A stretch of DNA of 64,000 nucleotides from Chiloscyllium plagiosum (Eukaryota), in the NCBI RefSeq assembly GCF_004010195.1, contig NC_057750.1, positions 4,102,382 through 4,166,381 on the forward strand. Reading direction: 5' to 3'. Positions 1-13,640 of the stretch are shown here, piece after piece. The notes beneath the pieces are model-generated. The model did not search any database and was not told where the DNA came from. It saw only the letters and a program-made list of their open reading frames with translations. Numbering within the stretch: position 1 is the first letter of the stretch; the number at the start of each line of letters is the position of its first letter. The position numbers were made by a program, and so were the translations under genes.

Positions 1-99
1 AAACTTTGTGCCCAGGATAGTACCTGGAGAACTCCTGCATGATCTCAACTTCCAATCTGATACACAAATCTCCCATCTGAATTTTGAGGTGTTTCATAA

Positions 100-1994
100 T
101 ATGCCATTACATATAGACTGGGTGCACAAAATTTAGCACTAAAGTTGTGGAGGACGAGTTTCTGGAGTGAGTTAGGGATGTTTGTAAGAGCAATGTGTTG
201 AAAAAGCAGCAGGAGGATGTGCTATTTTCGATCTAGTCAGAGTCTTGGTGAAATAGTACAGAAGACTCCTTTTGGCCATCAAGCCTGTGTCAACCTATTT
301 ACATTAATCACATTTTCCAGCGCTGGATCTATAGCTTTGAATGTTAAGACATTTCAAGTGTTCATCCACGCACCTTTTGAGGTTTCCTGCATCTCCTACC
401 CATCTAGGCAGAATGTAATGAAGAAGTGTGAATTAACAATCTTGTTGTCCAAGAAACATAAGTGCCCACAATATGGCAGAAACTTACACTATGGTCGAAA
501 GTGAGGTAGTTAATTCTGAAGCAAGTGTTAAGTTTAAATAAGGGAAATTATGAAGGCATGAAATGTGTTAAAAGGCATATGTATACAGTATAAAGGCAAT
601 GGATAGTCTTTAAATAACTATTGCATAACTTACAGCAACTATACAGTGCTTCAAAATGCAAAAACTCAAAAGGTCAGTCAATTGTGGCTAACCACAAAGT
701 TCAAAATTATATAAGATTAAAACCAATGTCTCTGCAGTTGCCCAAAATAGGAGTAGTGCTGAGGAATGATTTTTTTATAGAATACAACAAAATGAAGATC
801 AAGAAACTGATAGGGGGTGCAAATATTCTAGAGTAAAAATGATGTCACTATAGTCCTATCTGACTGTCAGGCTGCTTTCTCAGAGATAACTGGTAGTCTA
901 ACTGAGTCACCATATCTTAGTTGAGGGGTGAGATTATGAATACAATATGGGCTGAGGCATGGAAAGTGTAAACTCTTCTATCGGTATGTAAAAAGGAAAT
1001 GTTTGACTAAAATATATGTGGATCCAAATGTGGGACAGGGGTAGGTGAAGAAATTTAAAATGGGGAGTAGAGAAATGACAAATTTAGTGATTACCTTGTA
1101 TGGTGTCTTGCTTAGAAAATAGACACAAAAATATCCCAGAACTCGAGATCCAAGTCTCTGGGAGAATTAGAAGATTAGTACTTTGGGGTGGGGGGGGGCA
1201 TTGGGGAATCAGGTGAAATATTGCTAAACGTGCAGATGATAGAAAACAAAGTGGCAATCTGTTCTAAGGAAGATGTCAAGCAGCGTCAAGATTTGGACAG
1301 ACTTAGTGAATGGGCAAAAACATCACAGATGGAATACAATGCGAAAAAAATGAGGTTCATTTGGCAGAAATACTCTGCTCTATCAAAAGCAAGGTGTTGG
1401 TAAGTTTAGGTGTACAAAGGGATTCAAGTATCCTTTCTGATAAAGCTTTTGCTCAAAGCCTTCATGCAGGTGCAGCAAGTGATTAGGACGGCTCAGGGAG
1501 CATTAGCCTTTATTACAAGAGGAATAGAATCTAAGAACCATGAAGCCCTTGCTTTGTTTGTGGAAGAGTTTCATGGGACTGTACCTGGTGTTCTATGTAG
1601 AGTTTTTGGCTCCTTTCCTCAGAAAACATGTTATTGCCGTTGGGGGAGGGAAGTTCATCAGTTTCACCAGACTTGTTCCGGGAATGGTAGGTGTGTCCTG
1701 TTAAGAGAGTGTGGGCAAATTGGGCTTGTGTTATTTATAGTTCTGAAGAAATGAGAGGTGATCACATTAGAATCTACAAAATATTTAAAGGGTTAGATGT
1801 AGGTAAAATGTTTACCCTGTTTGAGATCTCTCGAACCAGGAGGCACAATTTAAAAATGAGATCCACTGAATTTAGGAATTATTTTACTTAGGATGGCAAA
1901 CCTTTTTAGAGCTCTCTGCCAAAGAGAGTTTTAGCAGTTCAGTCAGAGTATGTTTAAGGTGAGAAAGATCAATAGATTTCTGATTATCAGTGCT
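100..1994 (+). mobile_element. Highly decayed CR1 LINE ORF2 fragments (endonuclease to RT C-terminus); continues at 2495-2625 after a PLE insertion
   Basis: Decayed CR1 motifs in ORFs 1188-1403 (QDLDRLSEWAKTSQMEYN) and 1691-1891 (MRGDHIRIYKIFKGLD), plus a CR1-type 3' UTR at 2520-2620. Confidence 0.75.
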
Positions 1995-2494
1995 CTGATA
2001 GGTTTGCTTGCTGAGCTGGAAGGTTCACTTTCAGACATTTCGTCACCATACTTGGTAACATCTTCAGGGAGCCTCTGGACGAAGCATTGCTGATGATTTC
2101 TGTTTTCTGCTTATGTGTTTGGGTTTCTTTGGGTTGGTGATGTCATTTCCTGTTCTTTTTTCTCAGCGGGTGGTAAATTGGGTCCAAGTCAATGTGTTTG
2201 TTGATAGAGTTCCGGTTGGAATGCCATGCTTCTAGGAATTCCTAGATGATACTAGTATGGTGACGAAATGTCTGGAAACAAACCTTCCAGCCTGTTCTTT
2301 TTTCTCAGCGGGTGGTAAATTGGGTCCAAGTCAATGTGTTTGTTGATAGAGTTCCGGTTGGAATGCCATGCTTCTAGGAACTCCTAGATGATGTTACTAG
2401 TATGGTGACGAAATGTCTGGAAACAAACCTTCCAGCTCAGCGAGCAAACCTACATCCAGAACCTCAACCTGAGCTACAAATCTTCTCAAAAGTC
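1995..2494 (-). mobile_element. 5'-truncated Penelope-like element (family A) with inverted terminal piece and an internal tandem duplication
   Basis: 1999-2063 is the inverted complement of ~2389-2452. TSD gattatcagtgct (1982-1994) / gattatcaatgct (2495-2507). Same terminal sequence as the RT/GIY-YIG-bearing copy at 47436-48476. Confidence 0.85.
2031..2070 (-). ncRNA. Minimal hammerhead ribozyme motif in PLE terminus
   Basis: Reverse strand reads CTGAAGA-T-GTTACCA-AGTA-TGGTGAC-GAAAT-GTC. Stem II is fully paired; the helix III palindrome has decayed ACGT>ATGT. Confidence 0.65.
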
Positions 2495-2659
2495 GATTAT
2501 CAATGCTGGACAGGACTGAGGATAGGGTGGGTGAAAAGCATCGAAGTGCTCGATGAACCATGATTATATTGAATGACTGAGAAGGTCCAGTGACCTGAAT
2601 AGTCCACTCCAGTTCTTGCGCTCCTGCTTAAACAGGTTGATCAAGAAAATACGTAGAAA

Positions 2660-3035
2660 ACATAGGCCACAGAAGAGGAGCACTTGATCCACCCTATCTG
2701 TGTCAGAGCTATCTCACCCAATCCCACTTTCCAGCTTTTGGTACAAGGTGCATAGCTAAGCATTTTGTAAATGTGGTAAAGGTTTCTATCTAGGCTTCAG
2801 AGCCTTAACACCACTTGGGTAAGAACCTCATCTTCCACCATAACAAAGAAAACAGTTCCTTGCCTATTGAATGTGCCTCTTGTGTAACTCAAATTCTCTA
2901 TTCTTAGCACCATCCTAAATCTCTCTTGTACACTGTAGAGCAGTCATATTCTTTAAGGAATGTAGTTACCAGAATTCTGGCTTAACTAAAGTTTAATTCG
3001 GTGCAGTGGAACTCCCCTATCCTTAGATTATGAAG
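2660..3035 (-). mobile_element. Old CR1 3' fragment
   Basis: Degenerate match to the reverse of the CR1 3' ends elsewhere in the window (e.g. 27755-28360). Confidence 0.5.
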
Positions 3036-3469
3036 GTCATACTGTTTCACAATGATGCGCTTGGTTTAGGCTGCAATTCGAGGCCAATTTCTTAAACAGC
3101 AAAAGGGAAATTGACCGGTATTTGTTACTTAATGGTGGAAATCAAAGAATGTTTTTCAGTATTTGAAAAGTAGAGTCACCTTGGAAGTACAGCACGGTAT
3201 ATTAAATGATGTGAGCACTGTTGATGACCAAACTGGTCTGAAAATGGCCAATCTTGTCTGGTCTCTGAAACTAAGCAGATTTTGGATCTGGGAAGTACTA
3301 GGTTCCCCTGTGGAGCAGTGGCAGTGTGCCCATCAGAAGACCCAGATTCAAGTCTTTCTTGTTCCAGCAGCATGTTACAATATCCCTGAACAGCATGATA
3401 TAAAAATATAATTGGGCACTAAATGACACTAGGTGGACTCTTTCAACTAACTGAACTTTTGTGTACTAC

Positions 3470-4275
3470 TTAGAGTCCTAGATTCATACAGCATCTTTCA
3501 GTCCAACTTTTCTGTGTCAACCCGACATCCCAATCTGGCGTAGTCCCATTCACCATCACTTAGCCCATATCCTTCTAAACCCTTCCTGTTCATATACCCA
3601 TCCATATACCTTTTTAAATGTTGTAATTGTATCTGCCTGAACCACCTCACTGGCAGCCCATTGTGTGAAAAAGTTACCCCTCAGATCTGATTTTAAATCT
3701 TTCCATCTCACCTTAAACCTGTGCCATCTAGTTTGGACTCTCTTACCCTGGGAAAAGACCTTGGCTATTCACCCTATCCATGCCCTTCATGATTTTATTA
3801 ACTTCTATAAGTCACCCTTCAGCATCCGATGCTGCAGGGGGGAAAAACCCCAGGTTATTCGACCTAACTCATCTACTTAATGATCTGACCAATTAAGGCA
3901 AGCATATCAAACACTTTCACAATCCTCTCTACTTGCAGCTCTACTATCAAGGAACTATGCACCTGCACCCCTAGGTCTCTCTGTTTGTCATCACTCCACA
4001 GGGCCCTACTGTTAGCTGCATAAGTCCTGCCCTGGCTTGCCATATCAAAATGCAGCACCTCACGTTTAACTAAATTAAACTGTGTCTGCCACTCCTCTGT
4101 CCACTGGCCTATCTCACTACAACAGGATCAAGGTCCTGTTGTAGTGAGATAATCTTCTCCACTGTTCACTATGCCATTTATTTTAGTGCAAACTGAGTAA
4201 CCATACCTCCTATACTCCCATCCAAATCATTTATATAACTGACAAAAAGCAGTGGACCCAGCAGTGATCCTTATC
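3470..4275 (-). mobile_element. CR1 (HER1-like) LINE 3' fragment
   Basis: ORF 3873-4058 (QRDLGVQVHSSLIVELQVERIVK) is the CR1 RT C-terminus; the 3' UTR matches 61020-61237. Confidence 0.85.
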
Positions 4276-4754
4276 GCATTTGAAAACACATTCCATACTG
4301 TTTGAGTACTTGAAAGATTTAAAGTACTTGTTCTTCACAAAGAGAAGTACTGTTGGGAACTATAGTGAGAGGTAAAATATGTTGTAAGAACAACGTCTGC
4401 CAGGTGTAAAAGACTGGTTGAGAACCTGTTGGAATGTGTGATAGAACACTGATTACTGACTTGCATTTTTGGATGTGGGGAACAAATACTTAATTCTGTG
4501 TCACTTCTAACATTCAGTTGAAATATCTTTACATATAGTAATCTAAAATGTGATGAATCTGTTGATAGTGAGAACTTTTGCTGAGACTCTAACACTGATT
4601 TGTGACCCAGATTAACAATGCCCTGTTTCACTTTCCGTGCTGAAACTACTCCTAGCTGGAACAATGTGGGCTAAAATGTTTTGATCTGACTGCAGTGATT
4701 TTGTATTTCTTTCTTTTGTCCCCCATGAAAGAGACATTTATTTAGATTTCTTTA

Positions 4755-4997
4755 CAGATGATTCACACAGAGGGTGATACGTGTTTGGAATGAGCTGCCG
4801 GAGGAAGTGGTGGAGGCTGGTACAATTGCATCATTTAAGAGGCATTTGGATGGGTATATGAATAGGAAGGGTTTGCAAGGATATGGGCCGGGTGCTGGCA
4901 GGTAGGACTTGATTGGGTTGGGATATCTGGTCGGCATGGACGGGTTGGACCGAAGGGTCTGTTTCCATGCTGTATGTCTCTATGACTGTATGACTCT
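4755..4997 (+). mobile_element. CR1 (HER1-like) 3' end
   Basis: Near-identical to 61015-61237; ends in (ctatgact)n-like tail. Confidence 0.9.
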
Positions 4998-7900
4998 ATC
5001 ATCCATGCGCACCTTTTTAAAATGAAATCTTCATTTTTGGCCAGCTTGGTGGGCAACTAATTCAAGCAGATAGTTAACTGTATATTTAACAGTTGGAATA
5101 GCGAATCTTAGCATCTAACAGCCTGTACTTTTTTTGATTTCATAATCTCTGTTCCTCCCCCAAGTTGACTTGTCCCATTTAGCCATATGGACCATGTGTG
5201 CACCCAAGTTGCTGATTAATTAGTTTAAGCAGCAGAGATTATCAGTATTTGGGACTCTTGACTTTTCCATTTGGGCAACCACATCAATACCTGATCTGCA
5301 GAATTATCTGTAGCTAATATTCTCCAGTGACATGTCCACTCCTCTGGGTTCCAAAAATGAATCAAATTGGTTAGTTACCTATAAGCCATGTAAAGAACTG
5401 GTTAAAACTCCAGAATGCCACAGAGTTGGCAACTTCCCTTACCAGGTGTGTTTATATTGGATGCGCCAGAACTCTAGAGACTCCCTATTACCTCATTGTA
5501 ACTGCTTCCCCGAGGAGGAGACTGCCACATACTGTCACGCAAGCTTTGAATGTTTTCATGGCACCCTGTGTGAAATCTTGACCAGTCACCAGGCCAGTGA
5601 TGCTATTGCGGTTGGGAAGGTTGCAAGAGGCCTGCTGTATTTGGAAAAAGTGATTCTCTTCCTTACTTCTAACCCCAAACAGATTAATGGAGTGGTTTAT
5701 GAAGTTCGAGTGAACAATTTCCTGTGGGTAAGCTGGGTTTTGTGGTATGTATTTTTCTGTTTTTTTTTTGTTAACCTTAAAATTCCACAGTACATTCAGC
5801 AGGATGAGTAGGTTGCATTGTGTAACACTCTCCCACCTACCTTGGCTGAGGTCTGACTTGACAGACCTGGGATCTGTACACCTTAGCTACACACTCAGCC
5901 AACATGGGAATAACCATCACATTTTAAGCTGGTTGTTTCTATATTGATTCCAAATTTTTAAAAGACAAAATTGAGAGAACTTGCAGAATTGAAGTCAAAT
6001 GTGTGCCCTCTACCTAAGTCTATTTATCCCATTTTAATCACTCACCATCCCCATATTGCCTACTTATCAAGGGATTTGGAACTATACTGAGGAGAAAAGG
6101 ATATTGGGATTACTTGAGTATGAATCTATATTTATTTTTTCTGTCAGTTATTTTAAATATCTATTTTCAATAATTCCTGATTTTTTTTTTTGTAAACTGT
6201 GCTGAATAATATGTTAGCACACTATTCTTTTCAGAAGGCCAATATGATATGATCCACAATCCTGGTTGGGACAAGGCACACATGGACACCACTGAGTGAT
6301 GTTGCCCATATGTATATTTAGTGCATTGCAACCTGTAGGGAAATGGTTGTTAATGCCAAATGCTTAAATGACCTCCTATATCATGTCAAAGTAGTCCTTT
6401 TAACCATGCCACCACCTATAACTGACTTTCTTTTAACCATCAGTACTTTTATTGTAAAATACAGTAAGTTCTCTCTCGGCAGTTAGATAATTGTAAGACG
6501 AAACCTGTAATTGTACTGTTAGTATTGAACTGAGAGGTTTCTATGAAAATTTGACACACCCACTATTATGCTTCACTGAAATGTTACTGACAACATTGTT
6601 TTCACCTAAGCAACATGTTCTGTAGTTTGCATGGAGTGATAGCTTTTAATTTTTTTCATTTCTGCTTTTCACTTCCTGAAGAGGCTTACCAATTTGCAAG
6701 GAGCTATTTGCACACATCTGTGGCCTCTATTCTAATTCCATTGGTAATTGCTGTCCTCCATTAACTTGGTTATGTAGCCAACTTCACCTTAAGAGCATCA
6801 GCAAGCTGCGCCACCACATAGAACTCTGTAGTTAAGTGTAATCCTGTCATAATTTAATTTCATGAATACAGACTTTACATGTAATCCATACATGGTGATC
6901 ACCAAATACTCCCTTTTATTAGCTGATATCAGTAAGATGGTACTGAATATGTTCTCGGGTTAAGATCTGCAAACTTTTTTATGCTATTGCACCGACCTAT
7001 CACTGAATTGGAGGTATTTTAATGCGTATTTTTGCAAAAGGACTGGTTTTGTAGATTTCAAACTATTGTAAAACCTGATTGGTCTTTGAGTAATATATTT
7101 GACTGCGTCCTTTTGAAATCAAATGATCCGTTATTGTGAGGGTTTCACTCCAAAGGCAAACTTGCTTTATAAGGCAGTAAATGGTTAAGTAAAGCCATGC
7201 ATCCATTTGCTTTTTATTTAACATTGGTTCCAGTGGACCTCAGTGTAGGGAGAGGAGGGGGTCATGCAGGATAACAACATCTACTTTGTTTCTTTCAGGG
7301 TCATTTGATGGTTCTCCTTAGCTACTACCAAGCCTACCCTTAAGCCAAGTGATAAGATTTGCTTAGATCAATTGTTTCCCTTATGAGGGTGGTACCTAAA
7401 CATTAGATATGGGAATATGTTATAATCTGATCGAGGGACTTGTGTGTGTGACATACCGCCCCAATTTGCTGCAGAAGATTTTGTTGGCCTTAACCAGTAG
7501 TGGCCATTGCATTTCTGTTAGAGAACACTATTCTCTTTCAAAAATAATGCTTGCTGATGGTTTAAAATGCTGTAGCTTTTGCAATATTTACACTCATTTG
7601 AAAGACGACTTTGTGTTTTTGCACATTCATCCCAAGAAAATTGAAAATTGAATATTCTTGATCAGTCAGTGATTTAACCGAGCTGGCTGCCATCCCTTTT
7701 GTCAATCTTTTTGTGATACACCCTTATGGTCTTAGTTATTCTATTCTGAACTGATATTTTGGATAAGTTTTTTTTGAAGTTGAGATTTGAATAACCATCC
7801 TTGGTAATGTTACTTGGCTGTTCAGAATTCCATATGTGATGTTTCTGACTAGATCAAGTTGCAGTTAAAAGCGTCGGGGGAGGGGGGTGGAGGAGGACAT

Positions 7901-8049
7901 ATGCACTTTGTTGTGAGTGTGGGAGGACCTGCTCAGCAGAACACCATCAAACACTGAGAGAAGTTCTTTCACAGTAAGAGTAAACTCATCTGGAATCCCT
8001 CCAAAAACTAACTCTGGTGAGCAGCATATGTTTTTTCCAGATTTTTCAA

Positions 8050-8725
8050 TTTACTTTTTCATGGGATGTGGGTGTTGCTGGAAAGGCCAACATTTATTCC
8101 CCGTCCTAAATTATCCTCTGGGGTCATGATTGTTGGAACTGATGCAGCCTGTGATGAAGGAACTCCCTCAGAGCTGTTAAATAGTCATTCCAGAAATTTA
8201 ACCGTGTCCTAAAGGAATGATTGCATTTCCAAATTCCACATGGCATGTGAGTAGAAAATGTTGGTGTTCTCATTCCCCTGATGCTGTTGTTTCTGCACTT
8301 GGTGGAAGTCATGGCTTTGGAAATTGCAGTGTCATATCGATGCCATGTACCTTTGCCATTCTAACCTGGTGATTGAGTCTGTATTGTTGCCGGTGAGTGA
8401 ATGGGATGCAGCTCCTGTGGGCTGCCTGATCCTAGATAATGTCAGCCTTGCTGAGTGTTGTTCAAGCTATCGTCAGCAAAACAGGTGGAGAGTACTCCAT
8501 CTCTCACTTCTGACTTGTGCCTTGTAGCTGGCGAAAGGGCTTTGTGTTTTCAGGAGGTGGATTGCCCTTCATAGAATTCCTGCTCAGTCTTGCTTTCTTA
8601 GATGCAGGTTGAATTAATTTAAGTTTTTGGTCACTGGTGTCCTCCAAGATGTCGATACTGGTAATGTCCATCGGTGTTAGTCAAGTATTTTTTCTAGCTG
8701 GAATTGTGGTACAAATGTTAGATGC
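8050..8725 (-). mobile_element. Decayed LINE-B (CR1/L2-group) 3' fragment
   Basis: Reverse match to 10560-11225 (ggccaacatttatt.cccgtcc is the reverse of gatgggcaataaatgctggcc). Confidence 0.7.
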
Positions 8726-8728
8726 CTA

Positions 8729-8957
8729 GGGTGTCGGTTTGCTCGCTGAGCTGTAGGTTTGATATCCGGACGTTTCATTACCTGGCTAGGTAACATCATC
8801 AGTGGCGACCTCCAAGTGAAGCGAAGCTGTTGTCTCCTGCTTTCTATTTATGTGTTTGTCCTAGATGGGGTTTGTGGTGATGTCATTTCCTGTTCATTTT
8901 CTGAGGGGTTGATAGATGGTATCTAGATCTATGTGTTTGTTTATGGCGTTGTGGTTC
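8729..8957 (-). mobile_element. PLE family A 3' terminal fragment
   Basis: Near-identical to 47437-47667. Confidence 0.9.
8766..8805 (-). ncRNA. Minimal hammerhead ribozyme motif, core intact
   Basis: Reverse strand: cca-CTGATGA-T-GTTACCT-AGCC-AGGTAAT-GAAAC-GTC-cgg. Confidence 0.75.
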
Positions 8958-9149
8958 TGAGTGCTGTTCAGATGCTGCTGCATTTGGTCATAGACTGGCT
9001 CAATATTAGAGAAAAGTTATAAACTGGACTGCACACTGCTGAAGTACATGACTTTGATTTTAGTTTCTGTCCTCCCTCCTTTGTCAAATAATTTGAAGTG
9101 TGGAGCTTAGTTTGTTTCTGACTATCGACATGAAAGCATGATGTTTTTT

Positions 9150-11228
9150 CATCTCAAACATTGCCATCAAACCAGGGATCAACCCTGATTCAATGGAGAG
9201 TGCAGGAGGACATGCCAGGAGCAGTACCACGCATACCTAAAAATGAGATGTCAACATGGTGTGCTTGTGTGCTAAGCAGTCCCACAACCAGCAAATCAAA
9301 TCTAAGCTCTGCAGTCCTGCCATCCAGTCATGAATGGTGATGAACAATTAAACAACTCATTGGATAAAGGGGGTGCACAAATATCCATGCCCTCAGTGAT
9401 AGAAGAGCCCAACATAACCGTACAAGAGATAAGGTTGCAACATTCTGAGCAAACTTCAGCCAGAAGTGCCGAGTAGATGATCCATCATGGCCTCCTCTCG
9501 TGGGCTGTAGCATTACATATGCCAGTCTTCAGCCAATTTGATTCGATCCTGGTGATGTCAAGGAATGGTTGGAGGCATTGGATACTCATTCCTGATAGAG
9601 GGCTTATGCCCAAAACGTCGATTCTCCTACCACCTGACATACCGTGCTTTTCCAGCGCCACTCTCTTGACTCTGATCTCCAGTATCTGCAGTCTTCATTC
9701 TCTCCTAACATTGTATACAGCAAAGGCTGCGGATTCTGGCAATAACACTGAACTTGCTCCAGAACTTGCCACTTCCTTCGCCAAGCTCTTCCAGTACAGT
9801 TAGAATACTGGCATCTCTCTGACAATGTGGAAAGTTTCCAGTTGTGTCCTGTGTACACCAAGCAGGACAAATCCAACTCAGCCGATTACCACCCCATTGA
9901 TCTATTCCTGATCATCAGTAAAGTCATGGAAAGTTCATCAACTATATTGTCAGCAGCACTCACTGAGCAATAACCTGCTCAGTGACACCCAGCTTTGATT
10001 CTGCCAGAGCTACTCAGCTCCTGATCCCATTCCAACCTTGGTTCAAGCATGGACAAAAGAGCTGAATTCCGGAGGTGAGAGTAACAGCCCTTGGCATCAA
10101 TGCCACATTTAACCAAGCATGGTATCAAGGAGCCTTAGCAAGATTGGCATCAGTGGGTATCAGGGACAAACTCTCCTCTGGTTGTAGTCCTATCTGGCAC
10201 ATGGAAGATGATTTGTGGTTGTTTGAAGTCAGTCAGCTTCCCTCCAGCAAATCTCTACAGGAGTTCCTCTGGGTAGTGTCCTCAGCCCAGCCGTCTTCAA
10301 CTGCTTCATTTAGTAACATTCCTCCATCATAAGGTCAGAAATGGAGATGTTCACCAATGATTGCACAATGTTCAGTGCCATTCACAACTCATCAAATACT
10401 GAAGCAGTCAACATTCAAATGCAACAAGATCTGAACAATATCCAGGCTTGGGTTGACAAGTGGCAAGTAACATTTACACATGACACATGCCAGACTAATA
10501 CTGTTTCTATTAAGAGGCAATCTAATTATTGCTTTTCAACATCCATAGTGTTATTATCACTGAATCCCCCACTATCAACATCCTGGGGTTACCATTGGCC
10601 AGAAGTAGCTAGACTCTCCACATAAACAACATATAAACTATAAGAGCAGGTCAGACGCTAGGAATATTGCGGCGAGCAACTCACCTGCTAACTCCCCAAA
10701 GCCTGTCCCTCACCTACAAGGCACAAGAAAGGAGTATGATGAAATACCTTCCATTTGCTTGGATGGGTGTAGTTCCAACAATACACTCTAAGCTTGACAC
10801 CATTCAAGACAAAGCAGCCTGCTTGATTGGCACCACATCCACTCCCTCCACCACCGATGCTCAGTAGCAACAGTGTGTACCATCTGCAAGATGCACTGCA
10901 GAAACTTACCAAAGATCCTCAGACAGCACCTTCCAAACCCATGACCACTTCCATCTAGAAGGACAATGGCAGCAGATACAGAACTCCGCCAGCTGCAAGT
11001 TTTCCTCCAAGCCACTCACGTCCTGACTTGGAAATATATTGATGTATCTTGAGTACCGCTGGGTCAAAATCCTGGAATTCATTCCCAAACGCAACTGTGA
11101 GCCTATCTACAGCACATGGACTGCCGTAGTTCAAGAAGGCAGGTCACCATCACCTTCTCAAGGAGCAGCTGGGGATGGGCAATAAATGCTGGCCCTGCCA
11201 ATGAGGCTCACATTTCGTAAATGAATAT
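9150..11228 (+). mobile_element. LINE-B (CR1/L2-group) ORF2 3' half and 3' UTR, pseudogenised
   Basis: RT remnants: GSVLSP-like at ~10272 and MFTNDCTMF...MQQDLNNIQAWVDKWQVTF (FADD-equivalent; ORF 10341-10625). Multiple stops and frameshifts. Confidence 0.85.
9586..9708 (+). mobile_element. Short PLE family B terminal element inserted in LINE-B
   Basis: TSD cattggatac (9576-9585) / cattgtatac (9709-9718). Damaged hammerhead cctgatagaGGGCttatGCCCaaaacgtc. Homologous to 55141-55232 and 62267-62384. Confidence 0.75.
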
Positions 11229-12804
11229 ATATTGTTTTAAAAAGTTGAAAAATATATTGGCCATAATTGAAGGGTGGAGCAGATCCAATGGGCTAAATGG
11301 CCTAATTCTCCCACTCTATCTTATGGTCAGCACGAATCATGCATCATGCTGCTGAAGGTGAGCAGTTGAGCAGTTTCAATTTTACATATTCAAATTGTTT
11401 ATTGGATAGAATAGAGCAAACCGTTTATAGAGGCAAATCATCTTGGTTAGGTGGTGTTGAATTGTGATGTGTTGAGACTTTTCGCAAGGTTGTATGAGGG
11501 CTTACTCGATGGAGAAATGGATACAATGAGGCATTTAACCTTCTGGATCCAGCTTGCAGGACTGAATGTCAGATTTTGTACATAAGCTGATGTGATTTTT
11601 CTGACTGCTTTTTGTGGTCTGCATGTGTGTGGTCGAGGCCGTTGCTTTAGTGCCAAATTGCTACATTTTGGAAGTACAAGCTTACAGATTAGACAGTCCA
11701 TTGAGGAAACTTTATGCTAGAAATACTCAGCTGCTTTGGCAAGGTAAGTTTTCAATGCTGATGTCTCAAAGGAACATTATTTAAAAACACTTTACTTGTG
11801 TACAAAGAAACTCAAATAATTTTTCCAATTAGTTGGGAAATCACATTCTACCACCATTGTTGCACCATCAAAAATGGTTAAATATATCACCTTTTGCTTT
11901 TGTAATAGACATTATGGTGTGACTATTTCTTGTACTTTGGTTATGCAACAATGATTGCTTAGATTGTGAAGTCTTGCACTATTGATTCACTTGTTGCTAA
12001 TCAATGTGATTAATTGTGGGTGATTACTTAAAACTTGAATACACTAACTTGTGCAGGTTTCACAACCTGTGCAATCGATGCTGATCACTTTCTGTCTGGA
12101 GTTGAATACTGTCAACTTCAAGCTGCTTGATTTGGCCCTCTTCTACCATTCTGCATTACTGGCCAACCTGCCTGAAGTCTCGGCTGTTGAACAGACCTGC
12201 TATATGATGCTGTACTCATACCTGGGTTGGGGAGATGAGTTGGAGGGGGAAGCATCCAAGTGTACACATCCTGTATGTTTGCACTCATTCTTGTGTTTAC
12301 ATTGAACATTTTTCTTTGCTGTAGTAACCCTCATATTTGGCAGACATATAGAGTATAATCATTGTTAATTACTGCAGCCACATCAAGAAAGGGTTAGATC
12401 ATTGTCTGTATGGAAGACTTTGCATTTCCGAATGGATTTTTAAAAATGCAGCAGCAAAAAAAAAAAGAGGAAACAATGTTCTATGGACACTTGTAAATTC
12501 GAGCTTGTCTGATTGTTAGGCCTTCGGTGTGCTGTTATGTACAACTGCAGAAGGGTTCAAACGAATGACTTGTCTGCGTAAGACTGCAACGATTACTTAG
12601 AATTCTGTTGAAGGTGACTTGCAAGGAGTTGCTGAAAGTATTAAAACCACCCATACAATAAAACATATGGTTCATAACCTGAAATGAAGCTTTGTTTTAG
12701 TGAAGATGAAATGTTCACATTCATGTTCCTTCACACATTGGTTGTAATACTTTGTAGAATTCAAAAATAAGTTTCACTCCTACCACCCTGCTGACCTCCA
12801 CCTT

Positions 12805-13640
12805 CTCAAATTTGAATGATTTATTGTCACTGCATTTTTACAATGAATAATACAGTAAAATACAGTGAAAAGCTTCAACTGTCACCACGATCTGGCACAA
12901 TTTTGAATGATTTTAGAATGAAGAGTAAAAATATGTAATGGAAAGAGAATGCCTTCATTCTGTCATCTCCACCATGAGTCATGTGCCGGCTCACCAGCGA
13001 CACAACATCTGCACCTCCACCCCCCTCCTCCTCCTCCTCGCTGCTGTCTGCTCTGACTCACCATAATAGGAGTCTTCACTCTTTAGGCACTATCCCTTTT
13101 GCCACTGGGACCACCTCACTGTCACTGCTGAGTCTCATGCTTAACGCACACTCCCTGCAACCAGGAGCCCCCAGCTCTGATGCTGTTGCCACCTCGCCGA
13201 TAACCAGGAGTCCCCACTGCAGGCCTCCAGTAATCTGGAGTCCTTGGCTCCACTAATGCCTCAATGATGCTAGAAGTCCCTGCATGGGCCTCCTGTAACC
13301 GGAAGTCCCTGGCTGCACTGTCAGGCAGGCTGCCACCCTGCTGAGAGTACCGGTCTGCCTACCCCACCCCCACCCAAATATCGCGTTGCCAGTGCTACCA
13401 TCTTGAAGAATCCATCGTTGATTCTCCTCACTGGAGGATGGCTAGGAGGTACCCCATCTGTCCGTGACCGTTAGAAAGCTGCTACCTCTGTTCACAAGAC
13501 CCACTCTTTTTGCTGCGCTGATGCTGCTGACTAACCTACCAAAGAAAAGAAACCTAAAAGAAAAAGAAGGGAGGGAGAAAATCCAGATGGGAGCCAATGA
13601 GCCCAAAGTATGCAGCCCTGCTGCTTGCCGCCATCTTGGA
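12805..13640 (-). mobile_element. Unclassified GC-richer interspersed element, possibly a non-autonomous LINE derivative
   Basis: Reverse strand starts caagatggcggc and ends tgacaataaatcattcaaat. Contains internal degenerate (acc)ggagtcc repeats; GC content is clearly above the flanks. Confidence 0.4.

Noticed and set aside
835..940. Possible additional old SINE relics (also 5820-5905, 37740-37815, 63855-63970)
   Set aside because: Too degraded to assign without an HMM search.
5332..5811. 159-aa ORF
   Set aside because: No recognisable domain or splice context; compatible with chance.
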